From contig CAZPMU010000006.1 of the NCBI GenBank assembly GCA_964587795.1, positions 15,263 through 79,262 on the forward strand: 64,000 nucleotides of DNA. Direction: 5' to 3'. The stretch's first letter is position 1; every line of letters begins with the position of its first letter. Under the pieces are notes generated by a model that was not told the DNA's origin, did no database searches, and was given only the letters and a program-made list of their open reading frames with translations. Origin of the DNA: an uncultured Dehalococcoidia bacterium (GTDB taxonomy: Bacteria > Chloroflexota > Dehalococcoidia > Lucifugimonadales > UBA3495). Below, in pieces: positions 36,786 to 46,273 of this stretch. The translations under genes and the position numbers were made by a program.

Positions 36786-37340
36786 TCAAATGGGAAGCAC
36801 TGCCTCAGTCCGCTCCTCCGGCAAATCGATCAAAAAGGTGTTGGCGTTGAAGGCCAGCAGGGCGTAATAGCCGAACAGGGTGCAAAGCTCGGTCAGACCC
36901 TGGGCGCCGAACTGGTCGAAGGCCGCCTGGAAGGTGGCGTCGCTGACTTTACGGGTGCTGAAGAACTCCTGGCCCAGGTTTACGACGGCCTGCTCGTCGG
37001 CGGCCAGTTCGGGCAGGGGCTGACCGTCTCGCAAAGCATCCACGAAGGCGTCTGGAATGCCCTCCCGGCGGGCGCCGGCGGCGTGAGCGTTCCAGATGAA
37101 CTGGCAATCGTTGGCCCTTGCCGTGACAATCATAGCCAATTCCTGGATGCGCTTGGGCAGGGTGGACTCGTCGCGCAGGTAGTTGACCAGGCTATTAGCC
37201 CGGCGGCGCATCTCCGGACTGTTGATCATGGCAGAACCGGGGCCGCTGGTTACGGTGCCGCCGGTGCTGGCAGTCTCATAGTCGAAGGCTTCTCGCAGGT
37301 TTTCGGGGACGTTATCGCGGGTAAGGACGGGTGTACGCAT
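36786..37340 (-). CDS. Carboxymuconolactone decarboxylase (AhpD-like) family protein
   Basis: ELAMIVTARANDCQFIWNAHA is a CMD-fold helix motif. The ATG at 37340 is preceded by AAGGAGG. Confidence 0.8.
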   Translation of the reverse strand: MRTPVLTRDNVPENLREAFDYETASTGGTVTSGPGSAMINSPEMRRRANSLVNYLRDESTLPKRIQELAMIVTARANDCQFIWNAHAAGARREGIPDAFVDALRDGQPLPELAADEQAVVNLGQEFFSTRKVSDATFQAAFDQFGAQGLTELCTLFGYYALLAFNANTFLIDLPEERTEAVLPI

Positions 37341-37461
37341 GGATGTTGCCTCCTTAATTTGCATGGATTTACAGGACTAACAGGATGATAGCTGGTTTTG
37401 GGGAAGGTTGGTACTGGCAAGCGTCAGCAGAGCCCCTCTCTGCTCGTGGAGCCGTAGTATG

Positions 37462-38376
37462 TCAGGGTTGGGGAGTTTCGTAAGCGATCTCCAGAGTTTC
37501 GCGCAGAACATCTCCGCCCGCGCTGGTGGCAACTACCCTTATGACGTTGGGCCCCGGCTGCAGGCTGATGGTGGTTGAGAAGATTCCAAGCTGGTCCACC
37601 GGAATGGAAATGCCTTTCACCGCCACGGTGGCATCCGAAGCCGTGCGGCCCCACAGGCGGATCGTGGGCTGCGTCACCCTGCGGTCCTGCTCGTCAGGCT
37701 GGGTAATGGTCAGGAAGAAGGGCTCCAGCGGCAGGTAGGTAACGGTCAGGGTCTTGCCCTGCCGCTGGCCGCCGGGATTGATGGCGAAAATGTCCAGGTT
37801 ATTCACGCCGGGCGCCAGGGGAACGGACAGCCGGAACCGTCCCTCCTCGCCGGCAGCCACGGCCCTTCCCCGCACACTTACCGACGCTCCCAGACTGGTT
37901 ATTCCCTCGATGGTAACCGACTCTTCCCGGATTATGCTTCGGTCCAGGGGCGATTCGATGATGAGTATGGGCGGTTCCGGGGTCGAAGTGGGCGTAGGCC
38001 CGGGTGTAGGTGTAGGTTCCGGCACTGGCGTGACGGTAGGTGTGGGCGTTGGTGTGGGCGTTGGTTCCGGAGGGGGAGTAGGGGTTGGCACCGGCGTTAG
38101 TGTCGGTGAGGGCGTAAGGGTGGGTCTCGGCGAAGGCGTGGGAGTGGGCAAAGGCGCCGGAGTAAAGGTGGGTTCCGGTGCAGGTGTCGGCGCCGGTATG
38201 GGGGTCACCGGAGCGGGGGTCTCAATGGGCGCGATGGTAGGGGAGCCCGGCCGGTCTATCACCTGGACGCAACCCAGCAATGCGACCAAGCCCAGGCTTA
38301 CCACGATTAGCAATCCGAAGAGGAGGTTACTGGTCCGGGTGGACCTGGGCCGGCTGCCGCCGGGCGGAAAGGTCAT
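37462..38376 (-). CDS. Membrane-anchored Pro/Thr-rich protein with two Ig-like beta domains
   Basis: N-terminal TM ([18 protein letters not shown]), about 100 aa of PT/PTPTP linker, then two beta-rich repeats (VTIEGIT...VSVRG / IRLWGRT...VAVKG). Its start overlaps the HK stop. Confidence 0.7.
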   Translation of the reverse strand: MTFPPGGSRPRSTRTSNLLFGLLIVVSLGLVALLGCVQVIDRPGSPTIAPIETPAPVTPIPAPTPAPEPTFTPAPLPTPTPSPRPTLTPSPTLTPVPTPTPPPEPTPTPTPTPTVTPVPEPTPTPGPTPTSTPEPPILIIESPLDRSIIREESVTIEGITSLGASVSVRGRAVAAGEEGRFRLSVPLAPGVNNLDIFAINPGGQRQGKTLTVTYLPLEPFFLTITQPDEQDRRVTQPTIRLWGRTASDATVAVKGISIPVDQLGIFSTTISLQPGPNVIRVVATSAGGDVLRETLEIAYETPQP

Positions 38377-39428
38377 GCCACCGGTTCCCCCGATCTCCGG
38401 CCCGGCTTGGTATGGAGCGGCAGGGTCACCGTGAAGCAGGTGTGATGGTCGGGGTCGGGATTGATGACGCTCTCGACTGTCAAGTCGCCGCCGTACCGCT
38501 TGGCCAGGGTGTGAGCGATGAAAAGGCCCAGGCCAGAGGTGGTGCGCTCCTCGTGCCGCGCCACTTCGGGCGTCCAGCCCCGGTCGAAGAGGTAGGGCAG
38601 GTACCGGGCGGCGATGCCCGGACCATCATCCCAAACGCGGATGTGAAAGTTATTCTCGTCACGGGTCAACCCAATTTCGGTGAAGGATTCGGCGTACCGG
38701 ACAGTGTTGTCCACCAGGTTGGTAACAATGTGCTCTATGGCGGAACTGTCACTATAGACAATGCCGAAGTCAGTGGGTTCAGACCACCACACTATTTGCT
38801 TGTTAGCGTCGGCAGCCACCAGGCCATACCGATCAACAATGCGGCGCACCACCTCCACCGGCTCCACGGCGTGCAAACTGGCGCCGGTAATTGGCGTTTC
38901 CAGTTCAATCAGGACCTGCATATTCGACATCATCAAGCGAAAGCTGGGCGTCTGTTCCTCTATTTCGTCCAACAACTCCCTGAAGTAGGGGGGAACTTCG
39001 GTCCCCATCGCCTGTAACTGCTCGCGAATTTCCCTTTCCTTGCCCAGTATGCGGCGCAGGGGACGGCCCAGGTCGTGGTTGAACAGGTCGAAATACTGCT
39101 GGGTAACCTGGGTCCAGCGTTCGGCGAAACGGGCCTCATAGTCGGCAGCCTGGCGCCGCGAGCGCAGCAGCTCGGAAACAAAGTAAGAAAGGGTGGTAAT
39201 TGCAAGGCCCAAAATGACCAGTGCCGCACCCACGTAGGTAAGGGGCTCGATTCCCCAGATGCGGGCGAACATTGCTTCGCCAACAAAAGGCGCCAGTACC
39301 AGTCCGGCAACCCCCAGGACCAGCACCAGGCTTCCCAGCAGGCGGGAGACGCCTCCGGGGCCCACGGGGCGAAGCCAGGCCCTGGGAAGGCTCCAGGGCA
39401 ATGAGTTTCTCAGATTAGGTGACAGCAC
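38373..39428 (-). CDS. Sensor histidine kinase
   Basis: Two N-terminal TM helices, H-box [13 protein letters not shown]-box [14 protein letters not shown]1 DDGPGI, G2 [16 protein letters not shown]. Confidence 0.85.
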   Translation of the reverse strand: MLSPNLRNSLPWSLPRAWLRPVGPGGVSRLLGSLVLVLGVAGLVLAPFVGEAMFARIWGIEPLTYVGAALVILGLAITTLSYFVSELLRSRRQAADYEARFAERWTQVTQQYFDLFNHDLGRPLRRILGKEREIREQLQAMGTEVPPYFRELLDEIEEQTPSFRLMMSNMQVLIELETPITGASLHAVEPVEVVRRIVDRYGLVAADANKQIVWWSEPTDFGIVYSDSSAIEHIVTNLVDNTVRYAESFTEIGLTRDENNFHIRVWDDGPGIAARYLPYLFDRGWTPEVARHEERTTSGLGLFIAHTLAKRYGGDLTVESVINPDPDHHTCFTVTLPLHTKPGRRSGEPVA

Positions 39429-39432
39429 GGTT

Positions 39433-40215
39433 TCACATTTGCGGGGGCGCCAGCCGGTAACCCCGGTCCCTCACGTTTACAATCAGGTCATTGGCGCCCA
39501 ACTGTACCCCCAGGGATTTCCCGATAGACACCTTGATCTCGCGTATTCGCACGCGCAGGGACGCGCGGGCTTCCTCTCCCTCTGAGTAGCGTTCCAGGCG
39601 GCTGAAAGGAACCAGTTCGCCGGGGCTGCGATACCAGGCGGCGGCCAGTTCCCTGAAGATCTCAAACTTCATTCCATGAATGTCGGACACGGGGGCCATA
39701 ACGCCGTCGCGCTCCTTGCGGGCAGACACCGTTTCAGCGCTCACGTCCACCAACAGGTGGGCCCCAATGGGAATCAGCTCCGGGCTGGAGCCCATCAGCC
39801 GGCGCAGGCGCAGCACCACTTCCTCGGGGCTGGCCAGCTTGTCTATAAAGTCCACAGGAGCGTTCCAGCGCAGAGCGCCACGGACGGCGGTATCCCTGGC
39901 CGGGCCCTGGGCATACTGGGTGAACATCAGCACCGGCAGGGTGGGGTAGTGTTCCACAATCTGGCGCAGAATCTCCAGGCCCTTGAACTGGTCGTCCCGG
40001 TGTTCACCCAGGCGCACATCCAGCAAGACGCCGTCGGGCCGCTCGTCTTCGATGGCGTAGATGGTAGCGGTCTCAAATTCGTCGCCCACCAACCACTGAG
40101 ACTGGGGCTGAACAATAATGGTCTGCCAGCCCTCTTCCTGCAGCCGCCGCTGCACCGCCTTAACGATGGCCGATTCCCATTCGTCGTCAATTATCAGTAT
40201 CTTGCTGTCCGGCAT
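39433..40215 (-). CDS. Response regulator with receiver and winged-helix (OmpR-like) DNA-binding domain
   Basis: ILIIDDE...LLDVRL (acceptor Asp)...DFIDKL. C-terminal ...RIREIKVSIG...IVNVRDRGYRL. Confidence 0.85.
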   Translation of the reverse strand: MPDSKILIIDDEWESAIVKAVQRRLQEEGWQTIIVQPQSQWLVGDEFETATIYAIEDERPDGVLLDVRLGEHRDDQFKGLEILRQIVEHYPTLPVLMFTQYAQGPARDTAVRGALRWNAPVDFIDKLASPEEVVLRLRRLMGSSPELIPIGAHLLVDVSAETVSARKERDGVMAPVSDIHGMKFEIFRELAAAWYRSPGELVPFSRLERYSEGEEARASLRVRIREIKVSIGKSLGVQLGANDLIVNVRDRGYRLAPPQM

Positions 40216-40257
40216 ATAGAAAAGTCCTGGTAGTTAAGAACGCCACGGCAACCCGCG

Positions 40258-40710
40258 TCAGGTGGCGGCTGCTCCGGGCTTCACCGGGTAGGTGTCCGGG
40301 CTCAGGATCTCATCCTCAAAGGTGCGAAGGTCAAAAATCAACACTCCCTGTATGTCACCGGTGGCGTCAACACGGGCCCTGATTCGGGAGTTGGGGGTGT
40401 CTAAACGATCCACCACCCCGGGGCCCAACTGAACATCCCACAGGTCGGAGTCGGGACTATATTTGACGGTAACTGGGTTGGAAAGGTTGTCTTCTAAAGT
40501 GTAGGTTTCTGCTACAGGGATTCCGCTATCCTTAATCGCCCCGATGATGTGGAAGCCTGCAATGAGGTTTGACGAGTCGAGGAAAATTGTGGGGTCAATT
40601 TCTGTACCCATATCGAAGTTGTCGCCATTGCCGTCATCGTAACCCCAGAAAATCTCCAGGAAGTTTCCAGGACAGTCGAACCAAACTTTTACGGATTCTC
40701 TTTCTGCCAT
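40258..40710 (-). CDS. Tandem DUF2283-like protein (putative antitoxin-type partner)
   Basis: Two halves each resemble DUF2283 (VKVWFDCPGNFLEIFW...LIAGFHIIGA and VTVKYSPDSDLWDVQL...GDIQGVLIFDL). AT-richer than its surroundings. Confidence 0.55.
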   Translation of the reverse strand: MAERESVKVWFDCPGNFLEIFWGYDDGNGDNFDMGTEIDPTIFLDSSNLIAGFHIIGAIKDSGIPVAETYTLEDNLSNPVTVKYSPDSDLWDVQLGPGVVDRLDTPNSRIRARVDATGDIQGVLIFDLRTFEDEILSPDTYPVKPGAAAT

Positions 40711-41033
40711 CTTATATCTCCCACATCCGCCCCTGGACGTACGAACGCGGTAAGGACATAGGAATCGTCATTGCCTTCGAGTTTGACTACCGTTCGCAAC
40801 CATTTGTCTCCGACAGGGGTGCCTTCAAACCACTTGATGTAAATCCTAACCGAAGTGGGATCCCTCGATGCTCTCGATACAAAGTCGGGATCTCGTAATG
40901 AATCGACTAACTCCTACCGCATACTTAGCGTATAGGCAGGTTCGGGCCGGATGGTATGCAGCCACCGCTCCCAAGGCAGCCTTATTGGCCATCCCTGAAA
41001 ATCGTAAATTACCTCATCTCTTTCGTTAATGAT
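40689..41033 (-). pseudogene. Decayed small toxin-like gene upstream of the DUF2283-like gene (in-frame TAG, no ATG/GTG/TTG start)
   Basis: My translation in one frame: IINERDEVIYDFQGWPIRLPWERWLHTIRPEPAYTLSMR, stop, ELVDSLRDPDFVSRASRDPTSVRIYIKWFEGTPVGDKWLRTVVKLEGNDDSYVLTAFVRPG... The TAG is at 40914-40916. The W.HI..HPE / PD.V / K.L.VVV...V.TAF pattern recalls small toxins paired with DUF2283. Family name uncertain. Confidence 0.5.
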
Positions 41034-41102
41034 ACCACGCCCCTTGATGGGAAAGAATCTTCAATGCCAGACGGCAGCCATTCCGAAAGCCATCGGCTGA
41101 TG

Positions 41103-41134
41103 AAAAAGCCCCCTCCGTTCAGATGAGAGGGGGC
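41103..41134 (-). terminator. Intrinsic terminator downstream of rho
   Basis: Minus strand: GCCCCCTCtcatctgaacgGAGGGGGC followed by TTTTT, about 30 nt after the rho stop. Confidence 0.7.
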
Positions 41135-41166
41135 CAGTTTATTCATAGGGCTTTAACACTTGCCGG

Positions 41167-42468
41167 TCAGGTTTCCTTGTTCAGGTTGCCCAGGAACTCT
41201 TGGTTGTTGGGGTACTTGGAAAGCCGCTCCAGAACCCGCTCCGTGGCATTGGTCGACCCGTCGTTGGAGATGAGCGAGATCATGCGGCGCAGCAGCCAGA
41301 TCTGCTTCATTGTGTTCTCATCGTACAACAGCTCCTCCCGGCGGGTGCCGCTGCGGACAATGTCCACGGCGGGGAAAAAGCGGCGGTCGGCCAGCTTCCG
41401 GTCCAGGTGCAGTTCCATGTTGCCGGTTCCCTTGAACTCTTCGTAAATTACCTCGTCCATACGGCTGCCCGTGTCCACCAGGCAGGTGCCGATTATGGTC
41501 AGGCTGCCACCCTCCTCAATGTTGCGGGCGGCGCCGAAGAACTTCTTGGGCGGGTAGAGGGCCGCGGGATCTATGCCGCCGGAAAGTGTGCGACCGCTGG
41601 TGGGCACCGCCAGGTTATAGGCGCGGGTCAGGCGGGTAACGCTGTCCAGCAAAATAATAACGTCCTCGCCGTTCTCCACTAGCCGCTTGGACCGTTCCAG
41701 GGCCAGTTCCGCCACACGGCACTGTTCCTCCACAGATTCGTCGAAGGTTGAGGCGAACACATCGCCGTCAACGGCCCGGCGCATGTCGGTTACTTCCTCC
41801 GGCCGCTCTCCGATGAGGACCACCATCAGCACTGCTTCGGGTATGTTGAGGGACACGCTGTGAGCGATCTGCTTCAGGATAGTGGTCTTTCCTGCCTTTG
41901 GAGGTGAAACAATCAGTCCCCGCTGGCCCAGGCCGATGGGCGCAAACAGATCCACCATCCGGGTAGAAAGGTTGACGCTGTCGGTCTCCAGCACCACCTG
42001 CCTTTCCGGAAATATGGGGGTAAGGTATTCGAACTGAGACCGGTATCTAGCGTGAACCTGGTCCGTTTCCAGCCCATTGACCCTTTCAACCCTAACCAGC
42101 CCAAAGTACCTTTCGCCTTCCTTGGGTGGACGTACCTGGCCTGTTACGGTGTCACCGGTGCGGAGCCCGAATCGCCGAATCTGGGACTGGGAGATATAGA
42201 CGTCTCCCGTCGCCGGCAGGTAGTTGATCTGCCGCAGAAACCCATACCCTTCGTCCATTATCTCCAGGATTCCGGAGGAGAGCAGGGACTGCTGGGATGA
42301 CACCGCGTGCAGCATCCGGTTAAGGAGGTCTTCCCGGCGCGCTGCTGCCAGGGCGGCGCCATCCTCCAGGCCGTAGTCGTCCGCCATGTCGAGCAGTTGC
42401 TCTTTGGTCATAGCCCCCATTTCGGCTACGTCCATCATCCTGGGCTTGGTAGTCGTCGTCATCATCAC
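41167..42468 (-). CDS. rho: Transcription termination factor Rho
   Basis: N-terminal RNA-binding domain ([14 protein letters not shown]), Walker A PPKAGKT, Q/R loops, full length. Confidence 0.97.
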   Translation of the reverse strand: MMMTTTTKPRMMDVAEMGAMTKEQLLDMADDYGLEDGAALAAARREDLLNRMLHAVSSQQSLLSSGILEIMDEGYGFLRQINYLPATGDVYISQSQIRRFGLRTGDTVTGQVRPPKEGERYFGLVRVERVNGLETDQVHARYRSQFEYLTPIFPERQVVLETDSVNLSTRMVDLFAPIGLGQRGLIVSPPKAGKTTILKQIAHSVSLNIPEAVLMVVLIGERPEEVTDMRRAVDGDVFASTFDESVEEQCRVAELALERSKRLVENGEDVIILLDSVTRLTRAYNLAVPTSGRTLSGGIDPAALYPPKKFFGAARNIEEGGSLTIIGTCLVDTGSRMDEVIYEEFKGTGNMELHLDRKLADRRFFPAVDIVRSGTRREELLYDENTMKQIWLLRRMISLISNDGSTNATERVLERLSKYPNNQEFLGNLNKET

Positions 42469-42815
42469 CTCGATTTACTCTTGGGACCGGCCGTTTTGCG
42501 GTTTGCCGGTGGGCGGTAACATACCCAAATTGGAAATAGGGGAATGCAACCCCGAATTGGGAAGTCTTGGAACTGTTAACTGGTTAAAGGACTGGGGTAG
42601 CCGGCGGGGGTTACTCCCTCGCCCGACGCGCCACCAGTATCGGTAGCATTACAGCAGTAAATTATCAGGTCGGAGAGGAGAATATCTCGATTTGCCTACA
42701 CTGGTAGAGAATTCTGCTTTCTGAAGAAGGGCCTCAAGTCTAAAGAATCCATTAATACCACAAACATAATGCCCATTGTGTCTTACGTTATGTCAAGGCA
42801 CCGGGCCACGATATT

Positions 42816-43475
42816 TCACGTGTTGCCAGCTTTTTCCCAGTCCTGCAAAAACCGGGCCAGACCGGCGTCGGTCAGGGGGTGCTGAACCATCTGTTTCAAA
42901 ACAGGGTAGGGAACGGTGGAAATATCCGCCCCTGCCTTCGCCGCCAGGGTAGAGTGCAAGGCGTGTCGAATGCTGGCTGCCATTACCAGGGTGGGTATTT
43001 CGTACTTCCGGAATATGGCAACAATGTCCTCCACCAGAGTCATGCCCTCCTGCCCGATATCATCCAGGCGACCGATGAAGGGGCTGACAACGGTGGAGCC
43101 GGCCTGGGCTCCCAGGATGGCCTGGTTAACTGAGAAACACAGAGTCTGGTTTATCTTGATACCGTCCCGGGCCAGAACGGATATGGCCTTGAAACCTTCA
43201 GTGGTGCTGGGGATTTTGACCCAGGGGTTTGCAATCCATTCGGCGATATCCCGGCCCTCCGCGATCATGCCTTCCGCATCGGTGCTGACGACTTCTACAG
43301 AAATAGGCCCGTCGATAATATCTGCTATCTCTTCCACCGCTGCCCGGTAGCCGGCTTTTCCGCCGATGCCTTCCTTGGCGGCCAGGGACGGGTTGGTGGT
43401 GATGCCGGTAACGATACCCAGTTCGGCGCCTTCGCGTATTTCATCAATGTTCGCGGTATCCAGAAAAATCTTCAC
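42816..43475 (-). CDS. tal: Transaldolase / fructose-6-phosphate aldolase (short type 3B)
   Basis: MKIFLDTANIDEIRE...GITTNPSL...VKIP...SPFIGRLDD. Confidence 0.93.
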   Translation of the reverse strand: MKIFLDTANIDEIREGAELGIVTGITTNPSLAAKEGIGGKAGYRAAVEEIADIIDGPISVEVVSTDAEGMIAEGRDIAEWIANPWVKIPSTTEGFKAISVLARDGIKINQTLCFSVNQAILGAQAGSTVVSPFIGRLDDIGQEGMTLVEDIVAIFRKYEIPTLVMAASIRHALHSTLAAKAGADISTVPYPVLKQMVQHPLTDAGLARFLQDWEKAGNT

Positions 43476-43590
43476 GGAACCCTCGCCTAGATTGGTTTCC
43501 TGACAGTTGTTTCGGTGTGTTTTCCTGAGTCTTCTGCCTGGCTTTCCCCCGGACCGCCACTCCCTGGAATGCAGTCTGACTCCAGGAGGC

Positions 43591-45231
43591 TTACCTGGCC
43601 TCCAGAGGCAATTCCTGCTGGCTGCCCTCGCGTATCGTGCTCAGAGCCTGCCGGACAAATTCGCAGAAAAGGGGGTGAGGACGGTTGGGGCGAGACTGAA
43701 ACTCCGGGTGGAACTGTACCCCCACCATAAAGGGATGATTGGCAACCTCCGCCGTCTCCACCAGTTTGCCGTCCGGCGAAAGCCCACCCATGATCATGCC
43801 CGACTTTTCCAGGCTTTCGCGGTAGCTGTTATTCACCTCGAAACGGTGACGGTGGCGTTCCTGAATCTCTTTCTTTCCGTAAGCGAAAGAGGTTCGCGTA
43901 TTGTTCTGCGGATGGCAGGGATACCCCCCCAGACGCATGGTTCCGCCCATGTCGGTGACGGCCGCCTGATCGGGCATGATGTGAATTACCGGGTAGGGCG
44001 TATCCGGGTCCAGTTCCGACGAATTGGCACCCTCAAACCCCAGGATATGTCGGGCCCAGTCAATCACCATTACCTGCATGCCGAGGCACAGGCCCAGATA
44101 GGGAATGTTCTTATTCCGGGCGTACCGCACCGTATCTATCATTCCCTCAACGCCCCTGGGGCCAAAACCTCCCGGAACCACGATGCCCTGCACGCCTTCC
44201 AGATAAGCTTCAGGGCCGTCCCGCTCGACATCTTCCGAGTGAACCCATTTAATGTCAACTTCCTGGTCGTGGGCCGTGCCGGCATGGCGCAAGGCCTCTC
44301 GCACCGACAGATAGGAATCAGGATATTCCACATATTTGCCAACGATGGCAATGGGCAGCCTTCCCTTGAGCCGGCTCATCCGTTCCACCATCTGGGACCA
44401 CTCCGTCAGGTCGCGAGGCTGCCCTTGCAGCCGCAACAGGTCCACTATGAATTCACCCAGCCCGGCTTGTTCCAGGATCAATGGCACCTCGTAGACATTG
44501 TCCACCGTCTGCAAGGGTATGACTGCATCCCCGTCCACATCGCAGAAAAGCGACAACTTCTCGCGGATGGAGTCGGATATAGCTACATCACTGCGGCAGA
44601 TAATGACATCGGGCTGGATGCCGATACTGCGCAACTCCTTGACACTGTGCTGGGTGGGTTTGGTCTTCAATTCCTCGGCTCCCGTTATGTAGGGGAGCAG
44701 GGTCAGGTGAACGTAGCAGACATTGTTCCGGCCCACGTCCTTGCGCATCTGCCGGATGGCTTCCAGGAAAGGCAAACCCTCAATGTCCCCCACGGTACCG
44801 CCTACCTCGACCACCAGCACATCCAACTGAGATTCTTCAGCCAGTTCGGTAAGCCGGGACTTGATCTCGTTGGTAACGTGGGGCACCGTTTGTATTGTTC
44901 CGCCGAGAAAGTCCCCCCGCCGCTCCTTGGCAATCAAGGTCATGTAAACCTGGCCGGCAGTGAGGTTGGAAGAGCGGGTAAGTTCCACGTCAATAAACCG
45001 CTCGTAGTGGCCCAGGTCCAGGTCGGTTTCTCCGCCGTCCTTGGTTACGAAAACTTCGCCATGCTGGTAAGGAGACATGGTGCCTGGGTCTACATTCAAG
45101 TAGGGATCAAGCTTCACCACAGATACGGACAGCCCACGGCTCTTCAGGAGACGGCCTATGGAGGCAACGCAAATCCCCTTGCCTATGGAGCTAACCACTC
45201 CGCCTGTGACAAAAATATACTTGGTGGTCAT
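43591..45231 (-). CDS. pyrG: CTP synthase
   Basis: KYIFVTGGVVSSIGKGI..., C-terminal GATase with GLCLGMQ and the HRHRFEVN region. Confidence 0.98.
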   Translation of the reverse strand: MTTKYIFVTGGVVSSIGKGICVASIGRLLKSRGLSVSVVKLDPYLNVDPGTMSPYQHGEVFVTKDGGETDLDLGHYERFIDVELTRSSNLTAGQVYMTLIAKERRGDFLGGTIQTVPHVTNEIKSRLTELAEESQLDVLVVEVGGTVGDIEGLPFLEAIRQMRKDVGRNNVCYVHLTLLPYITGAEELKTKPTQHSVKELRSIGIQPDVIICRSDVAISDSIREKLSLFCDVDGDAVIPLQTVDNVYEVPLILEQAGLGEFIVDLLRLQGQPRDLTEWSQMVERMSRLKGRLPIAIVGKYVEYPDSYLSVREALRHAGTAHDQEVDIKWVHSEDVERDGPEAYLEGVQGIVVPGGFGPRGVEGMIDTVRYARNKNIPYLGLCLGMQVMVIDWARHILGFEGANSSELDPDTPYPVIHIMPDQAAVTDMGGTMRLGGYPCHPQNNTRTSFAYGKKEIQERHRHRFEVNNSYRESLEKSGMIMGGLSPDGKLVETAEVANHPFMVGVQFHPEFQSRPNRPHPLFCEFVRQALSTIREGSQQELPLEAR

Positions 45232-45488
45232 GCCTCAGCCATTAACCAGTTGAGAGGCGAAAAAATAGGTCTGGAGAAAGTGCTGTCCAGGATGGGTAAG
45301 GGAGACGGCCCATGCCGGGGAGCTTTGCTGGTGGATTGGAGCCAGCCTGATTATATTCAAGTAATTTTCGGTATGTCAAGCAATTCCGCTTAACTGATTG
45401 CGTTTCCATTGAGGTGGGCCAAACACGAGAAGGGTGGGGGCAGACCTGTGTGTCCGCCCTGTTCGCGAAGATTCAGCTGCCGGTGCCA

Positions 45489-46271
45489 TCAGGATTGGAC
45501 ACTGTCCGGCTCTTCAGCGTCAGTCTCAATACCTGTTTCCGCTGCTCTTTGCTGGGCGACGGCCCAGTTCTGGAGCCAGCGGCGGTATTCGTCCAGCGCC
45601 GGCGGAGCCACGTAGAATACCTCGATGTCTGCAGGGAACTGGACCTGGTGTCGTTCGCCAATCAGCAACAGGCCGGTCTCATCGGGCTGGAGTGTCTGGT
45701 CTATCTGGCCGGCAATATGGTCGTAACGGCTGCGTGTGCTCTCAGCGAGCCACTGCTGCAAACGGGTGAACACCCCTTCGTTGCTCAACGGAAGCATCAG
45801 GCATCGCTGCAGGTCCAGGGACTCGGAAATCAGGTTAAAGTCTTCGGTGGCCTCCAGGGCGACGCCGGCCTGATAACGCACCTGAGCCAGGGCGTAAGCG
45901 TAGGGGTCGGCCATTTCCAGATAGGCCATTCCCCCCTCGCCGCCTTCCAGCATGCTCTCGTGGTAGATGCGGTGCAGGCCGCCCATAGCGGAAGCCAGGG
46001 CATCAACCTGGGTACGGACCTGGTCCCAGTACCGGTCGTAGATAGTCTGGGGTTCGGAATCCGTCTCGGTCAGGTCGGGTGGCGGCGCCAACATCAGGGG
46101 AACCAGCAGCAACCGTCGCTTGCCCTGGAACCGGTCGGCTGGCGGCCGTTCCACCCTGCCCAGTTCCTGGGCCGCTGGCTGTTCTTCAGGTGCCGAGTCA
46201 GTGGAATCAGGGGCTTGCGTGAATTCTGCGGGTTCTCCGCCGGCAACTTGGGCTTCTTCTCCTTCGGGCAT
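45489..46271 (-). CDS. Hypothetical protein (260 aa), translationally coupled to the S1-domain gene
   Basis: The start ATG lies 2 nt after the S1 gene stop (TAGCCATG). Acidic low-complexity N-terminus; the rest is not recognisable. Confidence 0.6.
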   Translation of the reverse strand: MPEGEEAQVAGGEPAEFTQAPDSTDSAPEEQPAAQELGRVERPPADRFQGKRRLLLVPLMLAPPPDLTETDSEPQTIYDRYWDQVRTQVDALASAMGGLHRIYHESMLEGGEGGMAYLEMADPYAYALAQVRYQAGVALEATEDFNLISESLDLQRCLMLPLSNEGVFTRLQQWLAESTRSRYDHIAGQIDQTLQPDETGLLLIGERHQVQFPADIEVFYVAPPALDEYRRWLQNWAVAQQRAAETGIETDAEEPDSVQS

Positions 46272-46273
46272 GG

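Noticed and set aside
37754-38434. 226-aa Gly/Val-rich ORF on the + strand
   Set aside because: This is the antisense reading of the Pro/Thr-repeat linker of the 37462-38376 gene (GGN/GTN is the complement of NCC/NAC). It is a pure repeat artefact.
43507-45393. 628-aa ORF antisense to pyrG
   Set aside because: This is a shadow ORF. CTP synthase on the minus strand is unambiguous.
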